Shown here in pieces: positions 35,596 to 50,320 of a stretch of DNA of 62,792 nt. The notes beneath the pieces are model-generated. The model was not told the origin of the DNA. It was given only the letters and a program-made list of their open reading frames with translations, and made no database searches. Location of the stretch: contig NW_021832261.1 of assembly GCF_006345805.1 (NCBI RefSeq), forward strand, positions 1 to 62,792. Reading direction: 5' to 3'. The position numbers were made by a program, and so were the translations under genes. Numbering within the stretch: the stretch's first letter is position 1; each line of letters opens with the position of its first letter. Source of the stretch: Octopus sinensis. Lineage: Eukaryota.

Positions 35596-37737
35596 TATAT
35601 ATATATATATATATATACTCACACACGCACACGCACAAACATGTATAATTAAATACACACTCATAGTCCCACAGACACAAAATTCCGTAAATGTCTCCTC
35701 GTCGCTTTCGACGATGACTATTCATTTGTTCCATCAGCTGAACTACCTGCTCATGGTTTCCTGTCTAACTGCGTGAGTATTCCACAGTCACGTGTACTTT
35801 TAATGCTATTCACACAGGAAACGGAAACTGAGAAGACAAAGTCTTTAAAATTCAAACCAGGTTTTAAGTAGTGTTCATTTAAAAGCTGGGTTTCACGCTA
35901 AGCTAAGTTAAAAGGAAGCTGTCCATTATGCCGCGCCGTTGGATCGAACTTTGTAGCCGTTGCTTTGAAATCGGAAACTATTATACCGTTGTTTGTATAC
36001 AAATATCCATTCATATATAACAGAACGTTTGTTATGGAAGCGTTGGAAGCGACAATATCAATTCTCTCGCTTTTGTCATCGCAGTCAGAATAAGACGACA
36101 CAATCTCTTGAAGGTAAAGGCGAAACCTTAGAAAAGTGTAAGAGGGAATTTGTCTGAGCTGGTGTGAACATGCTGCCAGCAAAAGGCGTTAGCGAGACCA
36201 ACCAAAGTACGGTTTTGCACTCGTGTATGAAACGAGTAAGGACCTAGAACACCCTACATCAACATAAAGAAAAGAAGTGCCTAAAAAAAGATATTAAGTG
36301 CAGTAAAAAAAAAAGCCTGTGGTCGGCTTTAATGACGAGCTTTCTGATCAAAGGTAAATCCTTCTATCCTTCTCCTGAAATTAACGTGCAAGTGGCTCAG
36401 AAACTCTACAGACTCATTTGCCCGTAATGTCAGTACCAGAAAGATTCAGCATGACAATGAATGAGACAAGGTTGGCCCATTGAATTACTTGTACAACTCA
36501 TTTTTGCCGGCCGAGGAGACCTGAACAACGTGAAATAAAGTGTTATACACAAGAACACAACGCATCACTGGGAATCGAACTCACAACCTAACGATCGTGA
36601 GCGGAATATCTTAGCAACTAATCCAGCTGCTTTCAGTTGCCTACCGTATGATACGTGGCAAACAGTAAACAATACGGTTTTGTGGTGGGTTTTTTATTAC
36701 AGTGAGTTAGTAAGAGCCCTTAATACAATGCGAAACAATCTCGTAGAGTTGGTTAAACAAAAGCACACACCCCGTGGAGTATGCAGTTAAGTGAGGCACC
36801 AGTCATAAATAGGTGCTCGAGTACTAGAAATTGAACGCATCTTCCGTAACAGAAATATCAGGAACCGTATTGGTAGATGCAATTAACAAATGAAAGGAAA
36901 ATCAGAGCAGAATCTCTGAGTTTATCAAAGATGGGTCAATTCAGGACAAGAAGTTAAAAAAGAAGCAAAACGATTTGAGTATTTTTAAACGACGTGACTT
37001 TCCGATGTATTTGCTGCTGGAATAATAGGATGCCCTCCCTTCTTTCATCGTGCTCGGGTGCACCCTCCGCAATACGAATTAATGAATGCCGTTCGATCAA
37101 GGCAGATAACGGGATTGTAGCGTGAGGGTGAACCCAGACTTTGATCTTTTATTGATAATTCTGGATGCATGCTAGGAAATCCCACACAGCCGTGTGCAGC
37201 TTCCCGATGTCGCAAAAACGAAGCGGTTCATCTTGATTCTTACCTGGATGGTAAGACGTTACTCTAATGCAAAGAAAACCAATCATATTTTGGGCTAATC
37301 GCCGGGACAATTTTCTCTGCTCAGCAAAATTATGGTTATATCCGAGACATGTTTACTACTGTATTGGCAGCCATCTGTTGCATTTGGCAAAATTGTGTGA
37401 CCCAAGGATTTGGTGCAGTGATGAAGGAGATCTCAAACAAGGGCAAGAGATACAATAAAAAAAAGTTGTGATTAATAAATCTGCACAATACAGAGTTAAA
37501 TTTGGTAAGTCGCTTAACAACTGATTGGTGATTGTTGACTGTAGTTTAGCCGGAGATGTACTAACTTGTATGACCCCCGGAAGGTCTGTACACAATTATC
37601 TCTACCACAAACCTCGAGTGATAGATCATGGAGCGGATTGGCAAGATCTGCCTTCATCGGGGTCTCTAATCGGTTTAGATGTCTAAAGCAGAAGATTAAT
37701 TCAACGATAGGAATATGGTGCATGTATGCACGTATGC

Positions 37738-38447
<710 letters not shown>

Positions 38448-39950
38448 GTATGTATGTATACCTGTGAAGTATATTTGATTTACATATTTGTTTAATACAT
38501 ACATATACATTTATATATAAACGCTGTATAATGTATATGCCTGTATCTAAGTTTGAAACATATATTAACTTACCTATTAGCGTAAATGTTTACATATACG
38601 TTAGACAAAATCGTTTCGACAAGGTCAGATCATAAGAAAACAGCGAGATATGAATCTCTATTTCTGAAACGATGTCTATATAAACAGACATTTGTTGTTG
38701 CTCCGGTTATTTTTGTCGATTTAGTCACAATGTTCACCCAGCTTCGTTTTACAACTGTTTGTTTAGTCGGTCTTTTTCTCACTTTGAGTTAACCGACATA
38801 TCTTATCTTATCAAGCTTCTTACTGTCACTCAGCCATCGTCTGTCTGACGTCATTTGTTACCTCTTTCTAAACATCATCATCATCATCATCATCGTGGTC
38901 GTTGTCATCATCATCATCGTGGTTGTCGTCGTCGTCGTCATCATCATCATCATCATCCTCATCACTATCATTGTCATCATCATCATCATCATCATATATG
39001 GCGATTTAAAAGAAGAAGAAATGCCGTACAAGCTCAACTAGAAACTGCTGTAAAGTGATAGTATGTCGTGAACTTAAATGTGACTGTCATATGAAAGGGA
39101 AGAAAGCTACCGTTATTTAGCCCTTGGAAATACGTTTCCTGTTGGACTTGACACATTTCCAGTGTCCTTATGTTTTCAAAGTGGACACAGTTAATGTGTG
39201 AAATCCAACGAGAAACGGTGTTTAGTAGGGGTAAATAACAGTAGCATTCTTCACTTACACCGGACTGACACATTAAGTTGACAAAATAGTATCACTTTAA
39301 CGTGCTGTTACCGCATAAATTTCTCTAAGAGATTTAGAAGTGTATTATTTCTGGAAACTGCTGGTTCGACATATAACATATATGAGCGGGAGTAGGCAGT
39401 ACAACATTTACTTGGTCGAGAGAAGAATAATCCATAAAAATGCATACGACCTGCATACCTTTTTGAATTCATAAAGAGAGATTTCTTTTCAGTGACCTCA
39501 TGATACAAAATTCGCTTTGAAAACATGGTTTCTCCCTTTTTGGACTAGAGAAACTAAAATTTGTATGAGAGCGCAGTTTAGCCCTTCTGGCTGTTGGTAG
39601 TTTTGAGGAATGACTTATATTCACAATGTAAATAATAACAGGCAGTGTCTTTGCTAGTTTACTCATTTTTCTTGATATAATCATTACACTGTGTCGATGG
39701 CGGGCCACGGTCTTGATGGGTTTAGTCGAGCAAATCAACCCTAGCGCATATTTTGTATGCTTGCACCATATTCCGTCGGACTCAATTTCCAAAAGTGTTA
39801 AGTTACATGAATGTAAATAAGCTAACGCCGGTTGCCAATCGGTGATAAGAGACAAACACAAGCATAAAGGCACACACACACATTTAAACACACATTCACA
39901 CGTGCACACACTCACACACAGAAACACATGTATGTATATATATATATATA

Positions 39951-40035
<85 letters not shown>

Positions 40036-40119
40036 GGAGATAAATAAAAATATATGCATACATACAAACATATATGTACGTACCTACATCTACATGTATA
40101 TATACATGCATATATAAAT

Positions 40120-40650
40120 AATTATACGGAAGTACAGGACATCACAATAAGACGTAGAAACGGAAAAAGCCAAAAAACAAAAAACAAGAAAACGGAAAAC
40201 GAAAAACAAATACAGGACAGGTTACACAAGGACAAAACCCCCGTCATCAGCTGTCGCTAGAGGAGTCAGGCATGTTTCGAAGGCATAACAGAACACTAAT
40301 CCAATAGGCCTTCCTGCGAGAGAATTAAAATAAAATTTCAAGCAGCGGGGCACAATGAGTACGAACACAAACAAGACATAACAATAAGACTGCAAAATTA
40401 AAATACATGTACAAAAACAAACACAAGAGGACGAACGAAAAAGCCTTTTTTCTGGCATAGACAAACAATAAAACTGCAAAAATAAAAATACATGTACAAA
40501 AAGTACAATTAGTTACAAAACGAGAAAATAACAAGAATACTATACAGGAAATTAACCACACAAGGGGACGAACGAAGAAGCCTTTTGCTGGCAAGGACGA
40601 AAGTGTAGTAGCAGCGCGTGGAGGCAGTCTTTTCAATAGTGGGAACCACG
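40120..40650 (-). mobile_element. Probable PLE-type end remnant with an internal ~85-100 bp duplication and a permuted HHR-like motif
   Basis: Starts like the 62060-62520 repeat (tacaggac(a/g)tcaca); duplicated aacaataa(g/a)actgcaaaa..tacatgtacaaaa..gacgaacgaa..gcctttt. Confidence 0.45.
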
Positions 40651-40872
40651 TATATATATATATATATATATATACACGACTGCCTTACAAAATTTATGCC
40701 TAACAATTTCACTCACGATGGATTAAGCGCGTAGCTATAGTAGGAGACGTTGACGTGTGCCCAAAATGCCGCGAAGCGGGATCGAACCTAAGACCATGCG
40801 GTTTCAAAGCAAGCTAATTTATCACGCAAACATGCCTGCACATATGTCTAGAAAATATAGATGTAGTTAGAA

Positions 40873-41280
40873 GGCGGCGAGCTGGCAGAAACGTTAGCAC
40901 GCCGGGCAAAATGCATAGCCGTATTCGTCTGCCGTTACTTCTGAGTTCAAATTCCGCCGAGGTCGACTTTGCCTTTCATCATTTCAGGGTCGATAAATTA
41001 AGTATCAATTACGCACTGGGGTCGATATAATCGATTTAATCCGTTTGTCTGTCCTTGTTTGTCCTCCCTGTGTTTAAACCCCTGTGGGTAGTAAAGAAAT
41101 AGGTATTTCGTCTGCCGCTACGTTCATTTCATTTGCTTTCTTTTTCTGAGTTCAAATTCCGCCGAGGTCGACTTTGTCTTTCATTCTTTCGGGGTCGATA
41201 AACTACGTCCCAGGGTCAATCTCATCATCTGGCCCCGTCCCCCAAAATTTCGGGCCTTGTGCCTAGAGTAGAAAAGAAAA
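40873..41280 (+). mobile_element. Dimeric family A SINE
   Basis: Same two-domain junction as 10303-10676. Confidence 0.85.
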
Positions 41281-42378
41281 TATAGATGCCGGTGGAATTT
41301 TAATGTAGCGTATAGATTAGAATGGTGAATAATAGGAGAAAAGAGAATCGTGGTAATAAATTAGAAAAAAGCTTTTGTGCGCAGTGAATAAGATCAGTGA
41401 CGAACACATATTATCAGAAAGGGATTAGAATAGATAAAAAAAGAATAGGAAACACGTAAGACTGCAAACAAACGTGTTACATGATCAGTTTGTGTTGCGA
41501 AAATAAAGAAAAGTTTTGTGATTGGTTGAGAATGGAAGACTAAAAATGCGGATAATGGAAAAGAAGAAATATTATACAAATAAAGGCATAAGAAAGTAAA
41601 AATATTAGTGAAGCTCGTAAGATAGCGAATGTTGGTTGTGGGGCAAAACAGACGAAAGATTTAATAATGGAATGTGTAAATGTTGAAAGGTGTCACGTAA
41701 AAGAATAGAAACGAAATATGTCACTATTGCAAAAATATACAGTTAATGGAAGGGATGCTGAATTGTACGTAGAAAACATCAAGAAACATTACTCTCAATA
41801 AAAGAATGGTTGCAGATGATTACGGTATTGTCAGATGTTACAGACATTGGTAATGAAATAGAGGCTTGGTGTCAAGATGGAACCATAACAGAGATGAAAA
41901 TTATATATTTAAAATTGTAGGATTTCCTATAGCATGAGAAGTGAAGCAAGAGAAATAGAAATGCAAATATATACTTGCAATTGGTTAGAAAACGGGGGTA
42001 AATGAATGGAAAGATCGAGGACGGGTGACAGTTATAGTGTTAAATAACGTGTTTGTAATGATATTAAAACAGAAGAAGGAAAAAGCAAACTTGAGCAGCA
42101 CGGTGGAATTTGAACTAGATCCGTAATGAACCGGAACACATATACAAAGGCATTTCATGCGATGATCTTCCAATTCTGGTAATACAGTACTTGGACAATA
42201 AGAATACCAATGATGCTGCTTTTGAAACAATACCATATATAGAGGCAGCAATTTGGACTAAATCTTTAAAAAATGGTGTGAAAAAATACGTCACAGCGTC
42301 ATTTGAACAGGGAATATACAAATAGGGAAGGAGCTTGTGTAGGCAAATAGCCATGTGGTAATTAATGAAATAAATAAA

Positions 42379-43130
42379 GGCTGCAAGCTGGCAGAGACGT
42401 TAGCAAACCGGGCGAAATGCTTAGCGGTACTTCGTCTGTCTTTACGCTCTGCGTTCAAATTCCGCCGAAGTTGACTTTGCCTTTCATCCTTTCGCGGTCG
42501 ATTAATTAAGTACCAGTTAAGTACTGGGGTCGATCTAATCGACTGGAATCCTCGCCTAAAATTTCGGGCCTTGTGCCTAGAGTAGAGAAGAATTAATAAA
42601 TATGCACCTTTATCACTTCCATTATAACTTTGAAAAAATAACTGTTAAAATCGAACTGCACTCTTCAAAACTTGCACAACTGCCTGCTTTTATAACAAGT
42701 TGGTGCAGGTAGTTTATCCCGCTCCCCTGCAAATTTTAGTTCATGCAAGTAAAAAAACCGCATTATTTATGGGATTACGCAGCAAGTAGCCGTTCAGCAT
42801 TGGCGTCCACGTAATCGATTTACCACACTTACATGAACTTGTAGGTCTCGTTTCTATAGAAGATAGGAATATTATTATTATGTTTAAGGAGGCGAGCTGG
42901 CAGAATCATTAGCACTTCGGACAAAAATGTTTTTATGGGCATTTCGTTCGACTTCTCATTTTGTGTTCAAATTCCGCCGAGATCAGCTACGCCTTCCCGG
43001 ATCGATAACGCAAGTACCAGTTGGAGTACTGCTTGGGATCAATGTAATCAACTAAATCCACCCCCGAACTTGTTGACCGTGCACCAAAATTTGAAAATAC
43101 GGTTATTGTACTTACGCTGGTGTACTTAAC
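42379..43130 (+). mobile_element. Two family A SINEs (42379-42598 well preserved; ~42888-43130 degenerate)
   Basis: Head and central domain motifs. Confidence 0.75.
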
Positions 43131-43357
43131 ACAGGACACGATGTTCATGATGGACGATACCTAAATGTGAAGCAACACATCTACTGTGATACATGAAAAT
43201 CTGGCGGAAACGACAATCTGATAATCACTGAAGCTCTGAGTAACACTTTCTGAAGTCGTTTCAGATTCAATAAAATACATTAAAATAATACTTTCTGTTA
43301 CTATTTTTCCACCTTATTTTGTACACATGTGAGTGTTAGTATGTGTGTGTCTCTATG

Positions 43358-43400
<43 letters not shown>

Positions 43401-43617
43401 GTCCATACATACATAGATATATATATATACATACATATGTACAAATCCATACATATATATATGTATATACATACCTATATATATATATATAAACATACAT
43501 ATATATATATATATATATAACTATATATATACACACACACATGTATATATGCATAGAAGCATCTATATCTGTATCTCCCTCTCTCTCTCTTTCTTTCTCT
43601 CTGTCTTTCTCTCTCTG

Positions 43618-43668
<51 letters not shown>

Positions 43669-45378
43669 ATATATATATATGTATATTTATATTTATATAT
43701 TTGTGTGTGTAATATATTATTTTTTAAATTTATACTATACATAGCGTATAGACAAATTCCTACCTGAGTTTCTATGCCAAATGATCGGTGTTGCAATACG
43801 ATGATGTAGGTTCGTTTAATTCTTTGAGTGTCTAACCAATACTTGCTTCAAACATTCTCGCAATATGTTTGAGTGTGTGTACAATTGGATACATGTGTGT
43901 AAGTAAACACGTATGTATATGTGAATAATGTGATGATTCGTTGGATGTATGTGTATCATTGTAGTGTTTATTTTATATTCGTTTGCTATTTGTTTTTTCT
44001 TCTGTATTTTTATATATTTTTCGAAATGTCCTCCCACTGATAGTAATTTCCCTTTATTTATTTATTTTACTATGTTTTTTTTATGTTTCTATTTTTCATG
44101 TTTTTTTTCTTCTTATTTTTGTATTCGTTTTACACTAATCGGTCGAATAGATTCTCATATATTTTAATTTCGATAATCGAAATTTCAGTTAATTGGTTGT
44201 TACTGCATCAACTTGACTATTTTTTTTCTGTATGTTCGTCGGAAAGGGAGGGAACTGGAACAATCAAATCGAACCAAAAGCCAAAAAAAAAAAGAAAAAG
44301 AAAAAAAAGGAAAAAATCAAACCAACAAAACCTTCAAAACACAAGCTAAATAAATGAAGCAATAACAAAAGGAATCAGAAATTGAATTAACAATTAATAA
44401 CGCAATGTGTACAAAAGCAACAACAACTACAACAACAACCCTATTACTATTGGTTGTTAATGCAAGAACGAGGACACACATTTTCAAAGAAGGAACAATC
44501 TCTCATAGCGACTGCTGTATATGTCGGCAGGATGGCGATGTGAATTATTTTTATCGACCCTGGCACAAGGCCACGCATTTTGGTGGGAGATAACAGACGA
44601 TTTAATCGATTCACTAGTTACTTTATTGACCTGGAGGTAACGAAATGTAACGTAAAACCCCTGGCGGGATTCGAATTCAAAACAAATGTGGATGTATAAA
44701 CATAAATAAATAAGATAAACAGAAGAAAATTAAAAGAATTCGAAGTATATTATTCGATTTGATAAGGGTTCGCCTCCCTAACAAACACAATAAATAATAT
44801 TTAACACAGGCGAAGAGGGTAGAAATTGTAGAGAAGCAGACAGTTGATTATATCTAATATCGATATTAGTTTGGCACATTATTTCATCGAATGTCGAATG
44901 CTCTGGGATGGCCTTTGTGTACCGAAGGGATCATAACGACTTTCAAGTCAATGTTAACTGCTCCCACTGACATTTCGCTTCTCGATATTTGCGCTCTTAT
45001 TACCTACAAACATTGCACTGATAGAAGCCGCGTTATATCATATGTTAAAGTCACTTTCGAGGAGGTGATGAAAATTTCCTGGCTTTGGGTAAAAGAAAAT
45101 AGAGGAGGATCAATTAATTATAACTTTATTCAATGTATTCCCCTCTCAGATTCACACACTTATTGCAACGGCCCTTCACTTTTTCTAAGCCATGTAAACG
45201 ACCTGGGGAAGTTGCACCTCCAACTAGGCTCTTGGTGACACCCTTAAAACCAGGAACTTTTCAGCACACCCTCATACCATGCCTTTCAGTCTCACCCTAG
45301 TTGCCACATGTTTATGAGACACATGTTTATGAACGTTCGCTTTGCGCCGTAATATCCGTTTGTTTTCGAAGCTTTCAT

Positions 45379-45482
45379 TCAGATATAAATATCAAGTCAC
45401 TCAGATATAAAGACTAAGTCGCTCAGGTATAAAGGTCAAGTCACTCTGGTATAAAGGTTAAGTCACTCATGTATAAAGGTTG
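45379..45482. repeat. 22-bp minisatellite, ~4.7 copies
   Basis: Consensus tcag(a/g)tataaagg(t)caagtcac. Confidence 0.85.
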
Positions 45483-47016
45483 TTTTTCTCTCTATGAAGA
45501 AACTGTTTGTCCAGGCGTCTTGCACAGCACTCTTTATCTGTTGTCTCGATGTAAGACAAAACTACAAATCTCTTCATGTGATACATATGACTTTTCGCCT
45601 GCTCCCGAATAAATTCGTCATCTGAGGAAATAGAGGCCTTAGGAACGGAAATTCTCGAGGGTTTTGTTTGCTTCTTTCTAACATAGATATTAAATGTTCA
45701 GTGTTGTTTAGCAGCTGAGTGTTAAAAACATGTAATAATCCATTATATTGCATGGTGAAACGCAAGTTTTTCTGTTCGCAAAATATGCACGTCTCTTTGC
45801 AATGGAAACTCGTTTATAATTATTTACTTCATGATCGCAGAAATTCTTTGATTTCTCTTCTTTTAGGAGAGAGGTGTGGCTCTTTTGACTCGACCAAAAG
45901 TCGAACCAAAAGAAATTTAAAATGTTCCAATAAATACTAACATAACAGCTAAAATAAAACAAAATAAAAATCCAGCAAAGACAATTAGATAAAGAAATAA
46001 CTTGCTCCTTAAAAACGAGGTTACACGACAAAACTCTGTGAAGATGTTAATCCAATTTCCGAAGAAGGCGTTAAAATCCAAACGATGTCAATTCCGAAAA
46101 AAAAAAAATAAATAAAATCCAATGGAATGCTGGTTTTTGTTTTAAAAACAGAGTGAAAATTAATTGAGTAGCAAAAGACGTCAGAAGCCTTGCATACACG
46201 GCATACGACTGGCATGTAACACATCATACAAGTTTGGAAGAGGCCGAGTTGACTAAATCGACCTCAGTGATCAACGGGTACTTTTTTTATCGACCCCGAA
46301 AGATGAAAAGCAAAGTCGACCTCGGCGGTATTTGAATACAGATCGTAAGGACGGACGAAATACCGCTTAACATTTTATACATTCCCAGTTCGCCATCTTA
46401 ACCTGTTCTTAATATTAATATTTCGTTTACGTATGTAATTCTTTTTGCGAAGCTACTCAGCATATTTATCTAAAATCCAGTCTTACATGGTTTTCACCAT
46501 GTTTAAAAACTACTTTTGGTTGTCATTTTGAATTCTGCTATATCGAATTTTATGCAGGTGCGTGGCCTAGTGGTTACGGCGGTGCTCATACGTTCGTAAG
46601 ATCATGGTTTCAATTCTCAAACTGGATGGAGTTTTGTGTTCCAGAGCAAAACCCTTCATTTCTTGTTGCGACAATCAACTCCGCTGTAAATGAGCTGCAC
46701 CAACAGCCCAGATGTTAATCCTGTAGAGCACCGGAGACCCCGTTCCGCCAATAATGCATGCTTTGTTTACGTTCTCGTTACTGAACGGTTCAGCAAAAAT
46801 AGGAAAAAGAGGGTAAGAACCAAGATTTAAATAAGTACGTACTGGAGGGGATTTACTTAATTAAAACCCTGCAGGGCTGGGATACATTATGACCGCAGTC
46901 AAATTACTGAAGCTATAAAAATATGAAAAGTAAGGTATTAAAGGCCCAGGTAATGCTAAATATTTCGGTCATCGATAAATATCATAGTAATTATTTTAAT
47001 ATGTTCTTCTCCATTA

Positions 47017-47606
47017 GCGGCGAGCTGGTAGAATCGTTAGCACGCCGGCGAACTGCTTAGCGGTTTTTCGTCTGTCTTTATGTTCTGAGTTTAAATTCCG
47101 CCGAGGTCGACTCTGCTTTTAACCTTTCAGGGTCAAAAATTAAGTACCGGTTGCGTACTGGGTGCGATCTGACCGACTGCTCCCTCTACGCGAATTTCAG
47201 ACCCTGTGCCTACAGTAGAAAAGAATAATGTTTACTCCATCAATAGTCGCAGGAGTGATTGTGTGGTAAGTAGCTTGCTTACCAACCACATACTTCCGAG
47301 TTCAGTCTTCTCCTATGGTTTCAGGTCGACCAAAGCCTTGTGAGCGGATTTGATAAACGGAAACTGAAAGAAGCCAGTCGTATATATGTATATATATGCA
47401 TGTGAGTGTTTGTGTGTTTGGTCCCCGCAACATCGCTCGACAACCGATGCTGGTGTGTTTACGTCCCCGTAACCTAGCGCTTCGGCAAAAGAGACCGATA
47501 GAATAAGTACTAGGCTTACAAAGAATAAGTCATGGGGTCGATTTGCTCGACTAATGGCGGTTATCCAGCATGGCCGCAGCCAAATGACTGAAACAAGTAA
47601 AAGAGT
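47017..47606 (+). mobile_element. Family A SINE (47017-47226) followed by family B SINE (47246-47606)
   Basis: Both complete with heads and tails. Confidence 0.85.
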
Positions 47607-49007
47607 CATTCATATATTTTGTATCTACTGATCAGTTTAATGAAAGCTAACACAATATACTCACGGGTTGCTGCTTAGGGGTTTCAAAGAGAAATTGAGG
47701 GATTTATCAAATTTAAGACCCCCCCACCCCCACCACCACCACCACCACTTTTTGGAGTACTTAATCTGGTGCCAAGTTTCTGGCGGTTACACTGTACAGT
47801 ATTTCTTCTGCAAAGCGGCCATATTCTTTAGTCATAACTTCAAATCCATTCTTTTGATTCATATTTTTCTAAACTGTTATTTTTTTTTCCAAATCCACTC
47901 GCAGCATGCTTAAACTTCTTTTGGCGTGTCCCCTAGTGTTAGATTTCTTTTTGTTAATATCCTGTAAAATCGTTTGGTATTTGATTAAAATATTTTTTGC
48001 TTCTTTGGGAAGAAACAGTTCGCGTTTTCTTGAAACGTTTTATCCGCCATCTTTTTCCGAATATGATTTGCTCACAGTTTTTTTTCTTTTGCTTCCAAAC
48101 ATGTCGTCTGTTTTAATAATATTACAACTTTTCCTGTTTTAACTTCTGTTTTTGTTTTACATTTTTCATTTTGTAACCTTCGTGTTCCATTTCGCTAAGT
48201 AAGGATAGAGTATTAATATATATATTTTTTCTTTTCTTTTCGATTTCTGTAGTAAATAATATTTCCATTTTGGATTTGGAGGTAGAGAGGATATCAGAAA
48301 ATGAAGAATACAATCTAAGTCCTCCGATTCTATCAATGCAAAAGAATATGTTAAAACATTAAATCTGTTCAGAGTTTGCTCTCTTGGTGTGAATCTCTCA
48401 CTGGGTCCCAATATATTCCTTTTTTGGTGGAGCTGGTCGTTCGTGATGAAGGCGCATGACCTACTGGTTGGGGTGTAGAATTCACGATGACAAGTTTGTA
48501 GTTTTGATTCGCAGACCTGGTGGAATGTTTTTGAATTTCTGAAAACTTAATGATAATAAAATATTCTGTTCTTAAACAAAAGCCAACTTTAGAGTGAAAA
48601 TGCCTAATATTTGTGGTAGACATAAACGCCTTAGTAGCTGTTGATGCAATCCATTCTGCATCACAATCCCGATGCTGCGGTTTCTACCTCTTTTCTTCTC
48701 ATCAGTTTTTGAGGCTCTGATACATTCGTCATGAGTGCTACTTCGCGTCGTCACCCATCTCACTGTGAACAATCTCCTATAACTAGTATACCCTTTTGGA
48801 ATCAGAGTGAAGGTGTGTAGCCTATGCTGCATTCAGAATCGCAAGGTCATGGTTTCGATTTCTGCATCAAGCGGGGAGCCCAACCGATGGCAGCATGGAA
48901 AACGGACGTTATCTGATGATGATGTTGATGTTGATGATGATGATGAGGAGGAGGAGGTTGTTGTTGCATACATACATATACATATATCCATGCATACATA
49001 TATACAT

Positions 49008-49116
<109 letters not shown>

Positions 49117-49306
49117 TCGGTTTAAGTAATTGAGATTCAAGTGAGTTCTAATGAATTCACATGAATATGGTCCTTAACTAGGATGCACCGGAAATCTATA
49201 TTGTGTTAACCATACGACAAGTGGGGTGATTACAAATGTATTAAAATATCGGTAAATACCGATATTTTAATCCATTCTTGTTGCTTTTTTCCTATATATA
49301 TATATA

Positions 49307-49350
<44 letters not shown>

Positions 49351-49354
49351 GATA

Positions 49355-49545
49355 AATCGTTAGCCACTACACACTTTTTTCTCTCCTTGTTTCCCTCTTT
49401 GTTTTATCTGTGTCCATTTCTGTAGAAGAGCGTAGGCTCGAAACGTAAAATACTTTTTCTCTTCCTGAGCGTTATACTAATACATATGTTTGTTTTGTAC
49501 ACCACCTGTCTTCGTCTTTTGTTTTTTTCGTAAACTCTCCCTATA
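49355..49545 (+). mobile_element. PLE 3' end remnant with HHR variant (49417-49450)
   Basis: ttt-ctgtaga-a-gagc-gtag-gctc-gaaa-cgta-aaa; same family as 1396-1560. Confidence 0.7.
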
Positions 49546-49810
49546 TATATATATATATATTGCATATTTAAATTTATCTCAGCAACAATTGGTACGCTTC
49601 TTTTTGTGAGAAAACACCAAACTGACTGTATGGATATTCCAGGGTTTTAAGGAAAAGCAATCAACCTTCTAACATGCCCCTTAAAAAGACAATCTGTAAA
49701 CGGAAGAGTGGTAGAAATATGCAAGTTTAAAATCTGGCTGTTTTCGTCATCTACATTGCAAGGATGGGGGATTTGTATCCATGTTCGAAAACAGTTCCTT
49801 ATAGAGTGCA

Positions 49811-50108
49811 GGCGCAATGGCCCAGTGGTTAGGGCAGCGGACTCGCGGTCGGAGGATCGCGGTTTCGATTCCCAGACCGGACGTTGTGTGTGTTTATTGA
49901 GCGAAAACACCTAAAGCTCCATGAAGCTCCGGCAGGGGGTGGTGGCGATCCCTGCTGTACTCTTCCGCCACAACTTTCTTTCACTCTTTCTTCTGTTGGC
50001 CTGCTCGCTTAGCCAGCGGGGTGGCGTCATTTGAAGGCTAAAACAATACGAAGCACATTGTGACCAGCGATGTGTAACAACATCTGATAGCCTGGTCGGT
50101 CACGTGAT

Positions 50109-50116
<8 letters not shown>
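49811..50116 (+). mobile_element. Well-preserved tRNA-derived SINE (family D)
   Basis: ggcgcaatggcccagtggttagggcagcggactcgcggtcggaggatcgcggtttcgattccc head; ends cacgtgatcacgtgat then (TA)n. Confidence 0.7.
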
Positions 50117-50139
<23 letters not shown>

Positions 50140-50147
<8 letters not shown>

Positions 50148-50320
50148 GAATTTACAAAAAAAAAACAAAAGACGGGTGTGTAAGAAACAAACAGATGTAT
50201 TAGTTTAACGTTCGGCAAGTGAGAAAGTCTTTTAGGTTTCGAGCCTACGCTCTTCAACAGAAAGGAACACAGAAATAAACAGGGAGAGAAAATAGAAAAT
50301 GTTTGGTTGCTAGCGATCTA
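50140..50320 (-). mobile_element. PLE 3' end remnant with HHR variant (50231-50262)
   Basis: ttt-ctgttga-a-gagc-gtag-gctc-gaaa-ccta-aaa. Confidence 0.7.

Noticed and set aside
37244-37263. Possible 18-20 nt micro-exon on the minus strand (ttttctttgcattag...cag|gtaaga)
   Set aside because: The splice-like signals are good, but no partner exons or coding evidence exist, and such matches are expected by chance in 62 kb.
41600-42050. Possible ancient Dong/R4 zinc-knuckle/REL region (DSECWLWGKTDE..., NEIEAWCQD)
   Set aside because: Too degenerate to support without an HMM search.
44891-45238. 115 aa non-repetitive ORF
   Set aside because: No recognisable motif or splice context, and the length is compatible with chance.
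45379-45482. CRISPR-like array
   Set aside because: Contiguous repeats with no unique spacers, in a eukaryotic context.
48300-48800. Possible ancient RT fragment on the minus strand (KKGIY...)
   Set aside because: Only one partial motif is recognisable.
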